Below the pieces are notes generated by a model, which was not told where the DNA came from, made no database searches, and saw only the letters and a list, made by a program, of their open reading frames with translations. A stretch of 64,000 bases of DNA from assembly GCA_043760925.1 (NCBI GenBank), contig JAYUOK010000057.1:14939-78938 (forward strand). The letters run 5' to 3'. The stretch is from Bdellovibrio sp. (GTDB taxonomy: Bacteria > Bdellovibrionota > Bdellovibrionia > Bdellovibrionales > Bdellovibrionaceae). Shown here one piece after another: positions 55,852-64,000 of this stretch; the first letter of the stretch is position 1, and the number at the start of each line of letters is the position of its first letter. Both the position numbers and the translations under genes were made by a program.

Positions 55852-57972
55852 ATGAATACCACTTCGATCTTATGCAGCTTATTGCTTGCAACTTCACTAA
55901 CAACGTCAGTGACGGCTTTTGCTGGCACTGAAATCAAGTTGAATAGCGGAACTATTTCAACACAATTAAAAACTTTGCAAGTTGCAAAGCGAGGTCAAAG
56001 TGAATGGATTGTGCAATTTAAAAATCATGTCCGTGAAGCCGATAAGTTAGCGATCAAAGCAGAAGGTCTGCAGATTCATAGCTACTTACCCGAAGATGCA
56101 TTCATCGTTCGCGGAAATTTAATTCAAATCAATCAATTGAAACAACTTCCGCAAGTTCAAGCCATTCTTCCGTTTGAAGCGCACATGAAAATGTCGCCTA
56201 CTTTAGGAAGTTTAAGCCGGGTTATGTCGGCGACAACCGAAACTTACCTGGTCAGCGTTTTCAATCAAAGTGAAAGAGATCAAGTTGAAGCGGCCATTAA
56301 AAAGTTGTCTGCTGAAATTCTAGTTCAAAAATCTGAAGGCGAATCAATCGTATTAACAATGTCACGCTCGCAATTAAATGCGGTGGCCGCGTTAAGTGGC
56401 GTTGAAAATATTCAAGCTTTCGTTGAAGTGATGCCTTTACACCAAGTTTTTGATGCCAGTGATATTTCGCCGGTGCCAACAACCGCTGGTGACTACACCG
56501 ATTTAAATGGCTTCGAAACGGGAACTAAAATTATGAATTTTGAAGCCGCATGGGCTTTAGATATCAGCGGACAAAACCAAGTCGTCGGCATGGCCGACAC
56601 GGGTTTAGATTCGGGTGATTCAAAAGCCATTCACGGTGATTTTCAAAACGGAGTGAAATCTGGTTACGCCGTCGGAATGTTTGGAAAAACTTGGGCCGAT
56701 CCAATGGGCCACGGAACACACGTCGCAGGCAGCGTGATGGGACGCGGAACGGCGTCAAAGGGCGCGCTTAAAGGCGGAGCTTTCTCGGCGCAAATGGTTG
56801 CGCAAGGTATGTGGTCACCGATTTTAAATAATTTATCAGTGCCAGCTAATTTAGTTACAATGTTTAATCAGGCCTACACAGACGGAGCGCGCGTTCACAC
56901 AAACTCTTGGGGTGCAGGCGCTAACTTAGGCGCTTACGAAAAGATGGCGGCGGCCGTTGATGAAGTGATGTTTGAAAAACAAGATATGTTAATTTTATTC
57001 GCCGCCGGCAACAGCGGAGTTGACCGAAATAAAGATGGCCGTATCGATGGCGGTTCAGTTGCAACTCCCGGGACTTCGAAAAATGCTTTAACCGTTGGTG
57101 CTAGTGAAAATTTAGTTTCAAGCGGTGGTATCCAGAAAAAAATTAAGGAACTTCGTGGTGCTGCTGAAAGTTGGGGAGCTGCTCCGATTTCAGAGTCGAT
57201 GGTTTCTGACAGCGTTGATGGTCTTGCCATGTTCAGTTCACGTGGTCCAACAAACGATGGTCGCTTGAAGCCCGAGATCGTTGCGCCAGGAACGAATGTA
57301 TTATCTGTTAAGTCACAGCAACCAACGGCCGAGTTACTATGGGGAGCTTACAATACCGATTACGTTTGGTCGGGCGGTACATCAATGGCGTGCCCATTAG
57401 CAGCTGGCGGGGCCGCAGTTGCGCGACAGTTTCTTATGCAGAAGATGGATCAGCCGCAACCAACAGCGGCTTTATTGAAAGCTTATATTCTTCATACAGC
57501 TTTTGATATGTTCCCTGGTCAGTACGGCGAAGTCGGAGCAGCCCAAGGGCAAGAGCTTTTAACTTTACGTCCAAATAGCGACGAAGGTTACGGAAGACTT
57601 GATGTCGGGCAAGTCGTAAAATTAGGTCAGTCCGGAGTTTTAATGCTGGTTGATTCAAAAACTGGAATCGCAACGGGCGAGAACGCAGAATTTAGTTTTA
57701 AAGTTGCAAGCGCTGGCCGATTACAGGTGAACATCGTATGGATGGATGCTCCGGGATCAGTGAATGCGGCTAAAGCCTTAGTGAATGACTTAGATCTTGA
57801 AGTTGAACTTCCGGATGGTAAAACTTTGGCGATGAATGATGCGATTAATAACCATGCGTATGTGCAAGGTCAGACGGGCCCAGGTACAGTTAAAATCAAA
57901 GTTAAGGGTTTAAATGTTCCGATGGGCAAAGCTGGTAAGCAGCCTTTTGCGCTTGTTGCCTCTGTGCAGTAA
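55852..57972 (+). CDS. Secreted subtilisin-like serine protease (peptidase S8) with propeptide and C-terminal beta-sandwich domain
   Basis: AGGAGG SD before ATG 55852. Catalytic triad blocks GMADTGLD, HGTHVAGS, GGTSMACP. Confidence 0.9.
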   Translation: MNTTSILCSLLLATSLTTSVTAFAGTEIKLNSGTISTQLKTLQVAKRGQSEWIVQFKNHVREADKLAIKAEGLQIHSYLPEDAFIVRGNLIQINQLKQLPQVQAILPFEAHMKMSPTLGSLSRVMSATTETYLVSVFNQSERDQVEAAIKKLSAEILVQKSEGESIVLTMSRSQLNAVAALSGVENIQAFVEVMPLHQVFDASDISPVPTTAGDYTDLNGFETGTKIMNFEAAWALDISGQNQVVGMADTGLDSGDSKAIHGDFQNGVKSGYAVGMFGKTWADPMGHGTHVAGSVMGRGTASKGALKGGAFSAQMVAQGMWSPILNNLSVPANLVTMFNQAYTDGARVHTNSWGAGANLGAYEKMAAAVDEVMFEKQDMLILFAAGNSGVDRNKDGRIDGGSVATPGTSKNALTVGASENLVSSGGIQKKIKELRGAAESWGAAPISESMVSDSVDGLAMFSSRGPTNDGRLKPEIVAPGTNVLSVKSQQPTAELLWGAYNTDYVWSGGTSMACPLAAGGAAVARQFLMQKMDQPQPTAALLKAYILHTAFDMFPGQYGEVGAAQGQELLTLRPNSDEGYGRLDVGQVVKLGQSGVLMLVDSKTGIATGENAEFSFKVASAGRLQVNIVWMDAPGSVNAAKALVNDLDLEVELPDGKTLAMNDAINNHAYVQGQTGPGTVKIKVKGLNVPMGKAGKQPFALVASVQ

Positions 57973-57991
57973 TATTTTCTAACCTCAGTTC

Positions 57992-58020
57992 AGTTCAGGC
58001 CTCTCCTGGATGCCTGAACT
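57992..58020 (+). terminator. Terminator-like hairpin after the S8 protease gene
   Basis: AGTTCAGGC-ctctcctggat-GCCTGAACT, followed by tgaagCTTTT. The loop is large and the U-tract weak. Confidence 0.4.
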
Positions 58021-58059
58021 TGAAGCTTTTACAAAAATAAAAAAAGTAGCCCCAAAAAT

Positions 58060-58088
58060 TTGATGAACAGTGTCAAAACTGCTATAAC
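58060..58088 (+). promoter_or_regulatory. Sigma70-like promoter candidate for carD
   Basis: TTGATG-N17-TATAAC, about 50 nt upstream of ATG 58138. Confidence 0.35.
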
Positions 58089-58137
58089 TTACGTGGTTGT
58101 AGGTCTTAGTTTTTTTTCTGCTAAAGAGGTGGGGTTC

Positions 58138-58632
58138 ATGTCGCAATTTAAAGTTGGGGATCACGCAGTCTATCCGGGTCATGGTGTCGGTAAAATTCAT
58201 TCGATTGAGTCGAAAGAAATTTTAGGAACCATTCATACGTTTTATTCTGTCATGATTCTTGAAACAGGTATGAAGATTATGATTCCGGCTACGAATATAA
58301 AGTCGGTGGGTCTTCGTCCGTTGATCTCTCGTGAAGAAGCACAAAAAGTGGTTGAGATTTTAAAAGATAAAAACGTTAAAATCGATACGCAAACTTGGAA
58401 TCGCCGTTACCGGGATTACATGGAAAAAATCAAAACTGGTTCTGTTTATGAAATTGCTGAGGTTTTACGCGATCTATACGTTCTTAAAGTCGACAAAGAA
58501 TTAAGTTTTGGCGAAAAGAAGATGTTAGACACTGCAAAAAATCTTTTATTAAAAGAGCTTAATCTAGCTCCTGAAGTAAAAGACCTAGTCGGTTCAGACG
58601 CAGAGATTAAGGCGATCTTCGGCGTGCAGTAA
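58138..58632 (+). CDS. carD: CarD/CdnL-family RNA-polymerase-binding transcription factor
   Basis: MSQFKVGDHAVYPGHGVGKI... (Tudor-like RID) plus a helical C-domain. SD AAAGAGGTGGGG. The track's upstream TTG extension is unlikely. Confidence 0.9.
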   Translation: MSQFKVGDHAVYPGHGVGKIHSIESKEILGTIHTFYSVMILETGMKIMIPATNIKSVGLRPLISREEAQKVVEILKDKNVKIDTQTWNRRYRDYMEKIKTGSVYEIAEVLRDLYVLKVDKELSFGEKKMLDTAKNLLLKELNLAPEVKDLVGSDAEIKAIFGVQ

Positions 58633-58696
58633 TTTCTATTAATTAAATGTATGCGTTAGCATAACGTTTTACATATATAACGAATAAAGTAAAAAT

Positions 58697-58729
58697 AAAG
58701 GCTTGGTTTAACACCAGGCCTTTTTCTTT
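58697..58729 (+). terminator. Rho-independent terminator after carD
   Basis: AAAGGCTTGGT-ttaac-ACCAGGCCTTT (one G.U pair) running into TTTTTCTTT. Confidence 0.75.
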
Positions 58730-58758
58730 AGTAGAGGCCTGCGAAAAAGGATTTTGCA

Positions 58759-60249
58759 ATGGCTTCAACAGTATCTAGTTCATCTCAAGAAATTCGAGTA
58801 CGTTTTGCTCCTAGTCCAACGGGTTATTTACATGTTGGTGGGGCGCGCTCGGCTTTATTTAACTTACTTTATGCAAAACATAATAAAGGAAAATTCATTT
58901 TACGAATTGAAGACACGGACCAAGCGCGTTCGACCGAAGAGTCTTTGAAGATGATGCTTTCTGATTTAAAATGGCTTGGCTTGAACTGGGATGAGGGTCC
59001 GCATCCTGAAACCTTACAAGATATGGGAACCTATGGTCCTTACAAGCAAAGTGAGCGCCTGAGTATTTATAAAAAGTTTGCGGATGAACTTTTAAAAAAC
59101 GGTAAAGCATATTACTGCTTTATGACTGATGAAGAGCTTGAAGCTCAGCGTGAAAAAATAAAGGCCAGTGGTCAGCATACACATGTTGAATCTCCGTTCG
59201 CGGATAAACCAATGAATGAAGCTCTTGAGCGTATTGCAAAAGGCGAAAAGGCCGTGGTGCGTTTTAAAACGCGTGAACTTCGTAAAGATTATATTTTAAA
59301 AGATCTGATTCGTAACGAAGTCAAATTTCCGTCTGATATGGTGGGTGATTTTGTTTTATTACGCTCGGACGGGATGCCGGTTTATAATTTTTGCTGCGTG
59401 GTCGATGATTATCAAATGAAGATTTCGCATGTGCTTAGGGCGGAAGAGCATTTACCAAACACGTTACGGCAGTTGATGATTTATGAAGGCCTGGGTTGGG
59501 TGCCTCCGCAATTTGGCCATATTTCTTTAATTCTTGATGATGACCGACAGAAGTTATCAAAACGAAAAGGCGCGGTCGCCTGCGATCAATTTAAAAAAGA
59601 TGGTTACTTGCCGTCGGCGATGAATAATTATATGGCGCTTCTTGGATGGTCGCATCCAGAAGATAAAGAAATTATGACCTTAGATGATATGAAGGCTGCA
59701 TTTACTTTAGATCGGGTGCATGCCGCGGGTGCGGTTTTTGACCGGGTGAAATTAAAGTGGATGAACGCCCAGCATTTACGGGCTTTACCAAATGCTGAAA
59801 TATGGAATTTGATTTCTCCATTTTTAGCGGAAGCGGGACTCAATCTTCCGAAAGATTCAGACTGGCAACAGCGATCGGTTGAGACATTTAAATCTTATAT
59901 GGAAATACTAAGCGATGCGGTTACTTTGTATTCTCCTTTAGATGATTCAAAATACGAAATTTTAGCCGAAAGCGATGAAGCTTTGAAGTGGGAGACCACA
60001 AAGCCAGTTTTGACGGCTTGGCAGCAGCTTGTTCAGGGTCACGCAAAAGAAGTTTTCACCGAGGCTGACTTTTTAGCGATTCAAGATGAAGTTAAAAATA
60101 AGACCGGTCAAAAAGGTAAGAATTTATTTTTTCCGATTCGAATTGCATTAATTGGTAAACCTAGCGGGGCTGAATTAAAAATCTTAGTGCCCTTAATGAC
60201 AAAAAAATCAATTTTAGCTCGCGCGGAAAAGGCTTTAGCAAAATGTTAA
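58759..60249 (+). CDS. gltX: Glutamate--tRNA ligase
   Basis: RFAPSPTGYLHVGGARSALFN (HIGH) and KLSKRKG (KMSKS). Confidence 0.95.
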   Translation: MASTVSSSSQEIRVRFAPSPTGYLHVGGARSALFNLLYAKHNKGKFILRIEDTDQARSTEESLKMMLSDLKWLGLNWDEGPHPETLQDMGTYGPYKQSERLSIYKKFADELLKNGKAYYCFMTDEELEAQREKIKASGQHTHVESPFADKPMNEALERIAKGEKAVVRFKTRELRKDYILKDLIRNEVKFPSDMVGDFVLLRSDGMPVYNFCCVVDDYQMKISHVLRAEEHLPNTLRQLMIYEGLGWVPPQFGHISLILDDDRQKLSKRKGAVACDQFKKDGYLPSAMNNYMALLGWSHPEDKEIMTLDDMKAAFTLDRVHAAGAVFDRVKLKWMNAQHLRALPNAEIWNLISPFLAEAGLNLPKDSDWQQRSVETFKSYMEILSDAVTLYSPLDDSKYEILAESDEALKWETTKPVLTAWQQLVQGHAKEVFTEADFLAIQDEVKNKTGQKGKNLFFPIRIALIGKPSGAELKILVPLMTKKSILARAEKALAKC

Positions 60250-61718
60250 AAATTTATAATACCCTAGGTAAGAAGCTTGAAGAATTTAAACCGATTGAAG
60301 CGGGTAAAGTTTCGATCTATGTGTGCGGTCCGACGGTGTATGACCTTCTTCATGTGGGAAATTTTAGAGGGCCCGTGTTTTTTAATTTTGTGCGTAACTG
60401 GCTCGAGCATTTAGGTTATCATGTCGATTATGCGGTTAATTTCACCGACGTCGACGACAAGATCATTCGAAAAGCCACCGAAGAAGGTAAGGCGCCCTTA
60501 GCCGTTTCTGAATTTTATATCGAAGAATGCAAAAAAGATTTTGCTGCATTAGGTTTGCGACCACAGAGTCGTACTCCAAAAGTCAGTGAATTTATGAATG
60601 AAATTGTTGGGTTCATCGGTCAGTTAGTGGAAAAGAAGAAAGCTTATCTAACGGACGGGGCGACGGCAGGTTTGCACGACGTTAATTTTTCAATTTCAGA
60701 TTTTAAAGACTATGGAAAATTATCGGGTCGAAATCCCGATGAATTACAAAGTGGTGTGCGGATTGACGTTAACGAGAAAAAGAAAAACCCACTTGATTTT
60801 GCTTTATGGAAATCGGCAAAGCCCGGCGAAATCAGTTGGCCTTCTCCGTGGGGTGTTGGGCGTCCAGGATGGCACATCGAGTGTTCAGCGATGGTCCACG
60901 CGATGTTTGGGGATCAAGTCGATATTCACGGCGGTGGACTTGATCTGATGTTTCCACATCACGAAAATGAAATTGCGCAAACTGAAGCCTGTACCGAAAA
61001 AAAGATGGCAAATTACTGGATGCATTGGAATATGATTCAGTTTTCAGGTGCAAAGATGTCGAAGTCAGTGGGAAATATTATTTCGATGCGTTCTTTTCTG
61101 CAGCAGCATCACGCGGAAGTTTATAAATGGATGATGTTAACTCCGCACTACCGAAGTACGGCTGACTTCAGTGACGATACGATTTTTCAATCAATCGCGG
61201 GTCTAGCGCGTGTCTACTCATCAATGGCTTTGGCTGAATCGGTCTACCTTCAGATCAATGAAAAAGATTTCGTTATTGACCAGAAATACTATTTAGAATT
61301 GCAAGAGGCATGGGGGACTATTGAATCGGCCTTTAATGATGATTTTGCAACACCGGCAGGATTTGCCGTTATGTTTGAGGTCATTCGAAAGTTCAATTCA
61401 CAATTTCGCCGTGGGATGAAGGCAACGCCTGAACAGGCGGGTCGGGCCTTTCAATTTTATGAATTTATAAAAAAGTTCGGTGCATTCATGTCTTTATTTC
61501 AGCAATACCCAACAAAATTTTTAGTCGAACTTGATGATAAGCTCTTGCAAAAGGCAGGGCACCAGCGCGCTGATATTGACCAACTGGTGCAAGATCGTTC
61601 AAAGGTGCGTGAGGCAAAAGATTTCGCAAAAGCTGATGAGTACCGTAAAAAGTTAACCGAAATGGGAATCAGCGTAAGTGATCTTCCAGCGGGAAGTTTT
61701 TGGGAGGTTTCGAAATGA
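60243..61718 (+). CDS. cysS: Cysteine--tRNA ligase
   Basis: YVCGPTVYDLLHVGNFR (HIGH region), KMSKSVGN, and the Zn-ligand Cys/His pattern. Overlaps gltX by 7 nt. Confidence 0.95.
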   Translation: MLKIYNTLGKKLEEFKPIEAGKVSIYVCGPTVYDLLHVGNFRGPVFFNFVRNWLEHLGYHVDYAVNFTDVDDKIIRKATEEGKAPLAVSEFYIEECKKDFAALGLRPQSRTPKVSEFMNEIVGFIGQLVEKKKAYLTDGATAGLHDVNFSISDFKDYGKLSGRNPDELQSGVRIDVNEKKKNPLDFALWKSAKPGEISWPSPWGVGRPGWHIECSAMVHAMFGDQVDIHGGGLDLMFPHHENEIAQTEACTEKKMANYWMHWNMIQFSGAKMSKSVGNIISMRSFLQQHHAEVYKWMMLTPHYRSTADFSDDTIFQSIAGLARVYSSMALAESVYLQINEKDFVIDQKYYLELQEAWGTIESAFNDDFATPAGFAVMFEVIRKFNSQFRRGMKATPEQAGRAFQFYEFIKKFGAFMSLFQQYPTKFLVELDDKLLQKAGHQRADIDQLVQDRSKVREAKDFAKADEYRKKLTEMGISVSDLPAGSFWEVSK

Positions 61719-62131
61719 AATTCATCCTCGCGTTGAATCTGCTTTTAATATTTGCTTGTTCGAATAAGCCCAAGGCGGTCAATGACACAGCTCACTGGCC
61801 ACTGGCCCCTTTTACGACCCCAGAAAGTACGCAAGAAGTTCTTCACCGTCCGGCAGAGTCTGCTATCTCGGGGCAGTTGCTATTAAAAAGTCAAATTTCT
61901 TCTATTTTACCAAATACCAGACTGAATTTATATCGGTTGGATGGTCAAGTTTGGAAACTTGTCAGCGAATTTAACACTGACATTGATGGCCGATTCGCAG
62001 TCACGCAGAAATTATTTCCGGGCCGCTACGAATTAAGAAGTGCTCATTCAAAGTATGTCGGCGTTTTACCCGTTTTACTGAATGACAAAGCCGAAAACGA
62101 CCTCATATTCGAAGTTACACTCAAGAAGTAA
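61715..62131 (+). CDS. Small lipoprotein, possibly a CarboxypepD_reg/transthyretin-like beta-sandwich
   Basis: GGGAGG SD. ATG 61715 overlaps the cysS stop (ATGA). Lipobox LIFAC. NLYRLDGQVWKLVSEFNTDIDGRFAV..GRYEL pattern. Confidence 0.72.
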   Translation: MKFILALNLLLIFACSNKPKAVNDTAHWPLAPFTTPESTQEVLHRPAESAISGQLLLKSQISSILPNTRLNLYRLDGQVWKLVSEFNTDIDGRFAVTQKLFPGRYELRSAHSKYVGVLPVLLNDKAENDLIFEVTLKK

Positions 62132-62163
62132 ATTATTTTTATTGAATGAATGAAGAAGGATCA

Positions 62164-64000
62164 ATGTCGAAAAGTTTCAAAAAAAATTTTCAACTTGTTT
62201 CGACGTTTAAACCAGGTGGTGATCAGCCAAAGGCGATCGAAACTATGGTTGAGAACTTTAAACGGGGATTGAAGCATCAAACTTTACTGGGCGTCACCGG
62301 CAGCGGTAAAACGTTTTCAATGGCGCACGTGATTGCCGAGCTGAATCAGCCTGCGATTGTCTTGGCGCCGAATAAAACATTGGCAGCACAGCTGTACTCT
62401 GAGTTTAAAGAATTGTTTCCGCATAACGCGGTTGAGTATTTTGTTAGTTACTATGATTACTATCAACCGGAAGCTTATATTCCATCATCCGATACTTTTA
62501 TCGAAAAAGATTCGGCGATCAACGAGCAGATCGATCGTATGCGTCACTCGGCGACGCGATCGTTATTCGATCGACGCGATGTGATCATCGTATCCAGTGT
62601 TTCATGCATTTACGGTTTAGGTTCGCCGGAAGCCTATCAAGGGATGATGATTCAAGTCAGTAATGGTCAGAAATTAAAACGAGATGAATTTTTAAAAGAA
62701 CTGATTCGAATTCAGTACAACCGAAATAATGTCGATTTCTCTCGCGGAACGATTCGCGTGCGCGGAGATGTGGTCGAAGTTTTCCCGCCATATGAAGAAG
62801 ACCGCGCTTTACGGTTTGAATTTTTTGGTGATTTCGTCGAAAAAATTTGTTGGATCGATCCGATAACGGCTAAAATTTATGAAGAACTTGATCAGATCGG
62901 AATTTATCCGGGATCGCACTATGCCACAGGCGATGATAGTATCACTCGCGCGATAAAAAATATTCAGGCCGAGCTTTTAGACCGCTTGCAAGAGATGCAA
63001 GCGGGAATGAAATTTTTAGAAGCACAACGCTTAGAGCAGCGAACTTATTACGATATCGAAATGATGGAGCAAATTGGCTTCTGCCAAGGGATCGAAAACT
63101 ATTCACGCCACTTAACGGGCCGTATGCCGGGGCAGCCGCCCCCGACTTTGCTAGAATATTTCCCGAAAGGCTTCTTAACTTTTATTGATGAGTCGCACAT
63201 TACAGTACCGCAAATCGGCGGAATGTACCGCGGGGACCGCGCCCGAAAATCAACTTTAGTCGAACATGGTTTTCGCCTGCCTTCGGCACTGGATAACCGT
63301 CCTCTTAACTTTCAAGAATTTGAAGGCTTAGTAGATAAAGTTGTTTATGTGTCGGCAACTCCCGCAGCCTACGAACTCGAAAAATCAGAAGGTTTGATCG
63401 TTGAACAAATTATTCGCCCGACCGGACTGATCGATCCGGAAATTGAAATCAGGCCAGTTAAAAATCAAGTTGATGATTTATTGAAAGAAATAAAAATCCG
63501 AGTTGAAAGAAACGAACGCGTACTTATTACGACGTTGACGAAGCGATCGTCCGAAGATTTGACCGAATATTACGAATCGATCGGGATCAAAGTAAAATAT
63601 CTACATAGCGAAATTCAAACTCTTGAGCGCAGTGAAATTATTCGCGACCTTCGCTTAGGCGTTTTTGATGTATTAATCGGAATTAACTTACTTCGTGAGG
63701 GTTTAGATATTCCCGAAGTGAGTCTGGTTGGTATTACGGATGCCGATAAAGAAGGGTTTCTTCGATCGGAAAGATCGCTGATTCAAACGATTGGCCGCGC
63801 CGCCCGGAATGCCGAAGGGCGAGTGATTCTGTATGCCGATCGGATAACAGATTCAATCAAAAAAGCGATGGATGAAACTTACCGGCGGCGTAAAATTCAA
63901 TCTGAACACAATACTTTACATGGCATCACGCCAATGACGATAAAAAAGAAAATTCGTGAAGGTATCGGTGATATGTTCGACGGGTCGCTAAGCGCTTACA
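62164..64000 (+). CDS. uvrB: Excinuclease ABC subunit B (UvrB), 3' end outside the window
   Basis: Absent from the ORF track because no stop codon lies in the window. My translation from ATG 62164: [107 protein letters not shown]... The frame stays open to nt 64000. Confidence 0.95.
   Translation, partial: MSKSFKKNFQLVSTFKPGGDQPKAIETMVENFKRGLKHQTLLGVTGSGKTFSMAHVIAELNQPAIVLAPNKTLAAQLYSEFKELFPHNAVEYFVSYYDYYQPEAYIPSSDTFIEKDSAINEQIDRMRHSATRSLFDRRDVIIVSSVSCIYGLGSPEAYQGMMIQVSNGQKLKRDEFLKELIRIQYNRNNVDFSRGTIRVRGDVVEVFPPYEEDRALRFEFFGDFVEKICWIDPITAKIYEELDQIGIYPGSHYATGDDSITRAIKNIQAELLDRLQEMQAGMKFLEAQRLEQRTYYDIEMMEQIGFCQGIENYSRHLTGRMPGQPPPTLLEYFPKGFLTFIDESHITVPQIGGMYRGDRARKSTLVEHGFRLPSALDNRPLNFQEFEGLVDKVVYVSATPAAYELEKSEGLIVEQIIRPTGLIDPEIEIRPVKNQVDDLLKEIKIRVERNERVLITTLTKRSSEDLTEYYESIGIKVKYLHSEIQTLERSEIIRDLRLGVFDVLIGINLLREGLDIPEVSLVGITDADKEGFLRSERSLIQTIGRAARNAEGRVILYADRITDSIKKAMDETYRRRKIQSEHNTLHGITPMTIKKKIREGIGDMFDGSLSAY

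Noticed and set aside
58640-58690. dif-like XerC/D site in the carD-gltX intergenic region (..GCGTTAGCATAACGTTTTACATATATAAC..)
   Set aside because: Only one arm loosely resembles GCGCATAA. The other arm and the 6-bp centre do not fit the dif consensus on either strand, and I have no skew or terminus evidence.
62357-62584. 75-aa ORF listed in the track at the right end
   Set aside because: It is out of frame inside the clearly recognisable uvrB reading frame, which the track omits only because it has no stop in the window.
1-64000. Search for tRNA/rRNA/tmRNA genes, IS elements, integrases, phage genes, toxin-antitoxin pairs or known defence-system genes
   Set aside because: Intergenic regions are short (mostly under 130 bp) and none contains tRNA-like T-arm or anticodon-arm structure. 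No ORF shows transposase, integrase or recombinase motifs. The nuclease/ATPase-type genes present (TatD, EEP, RecG, UvrA/B, the small P-loop NTPase) all look like housekeeping or secreted enzymes and not defence modules.

Overview
The window is a gene-dense stretch of chromosome (about 57 CDS, both edges cut inside genes) from a Gram-negative bacterium. I found no rRNA, tRNA, CRISPR array, transposase, integrase or phage genes. Most genes are recognisable housekeeping functions. These include DNA repair (uvrA, recG, uvrB at the right edge), aminoacyl-tRNA ligases (lysS, gltX, cysS), nucleotide metabolism (cdd, maf, dcd), ribosomal protein L33, LPS core synthesis (waaA plus a GT9 heptosyltransferase), folE2 next to a Fur-family regulator, CarD/CdnL, TcdA, TatD, Nfu and a class I FBA. 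Between them sit many envelope or secreted proteins: an M28 aminopeptidase, an S8 protease, an EEP nuclease, a GH8 glycosidase, a PBP4-like peptidase and several small OM beta-barrel-like proteins and lipoproteins. That mix resembles Bdellovibrio-like predators, but I cannot establish taxonomy from this sequence. The best candidate for something undescribed is a pair of paralogous two-gene modules (about 16.6-21.1 kb and 27.9-31.6 kb). Each has an OM beta-barrel-like protein whose stop codon overlaps by 11 nt the start of a very large helical lipoprotein carrying an EF-hand-type Ca-binding loop. The junction geometry is identical in both copies, and the second copy continues into an MFS transporter and another barrel-like protein. 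Other notable points: a perfect 7-1-7 Fur-family operator between folE2 and the regulator gene; a UvrA with a largely deleted insertion domain; a REC-like protein with an 18-bp tandem Ser/Gly repeat; a divergent FabV/TER-like protein coupled to a small P-loop NTPase; a bacterial deoxyhypusine-synthase-like gene; and very compact convergent gene junctions, four of which overlap. All functional calls rest on motif recognition by eye, and no database search was run.
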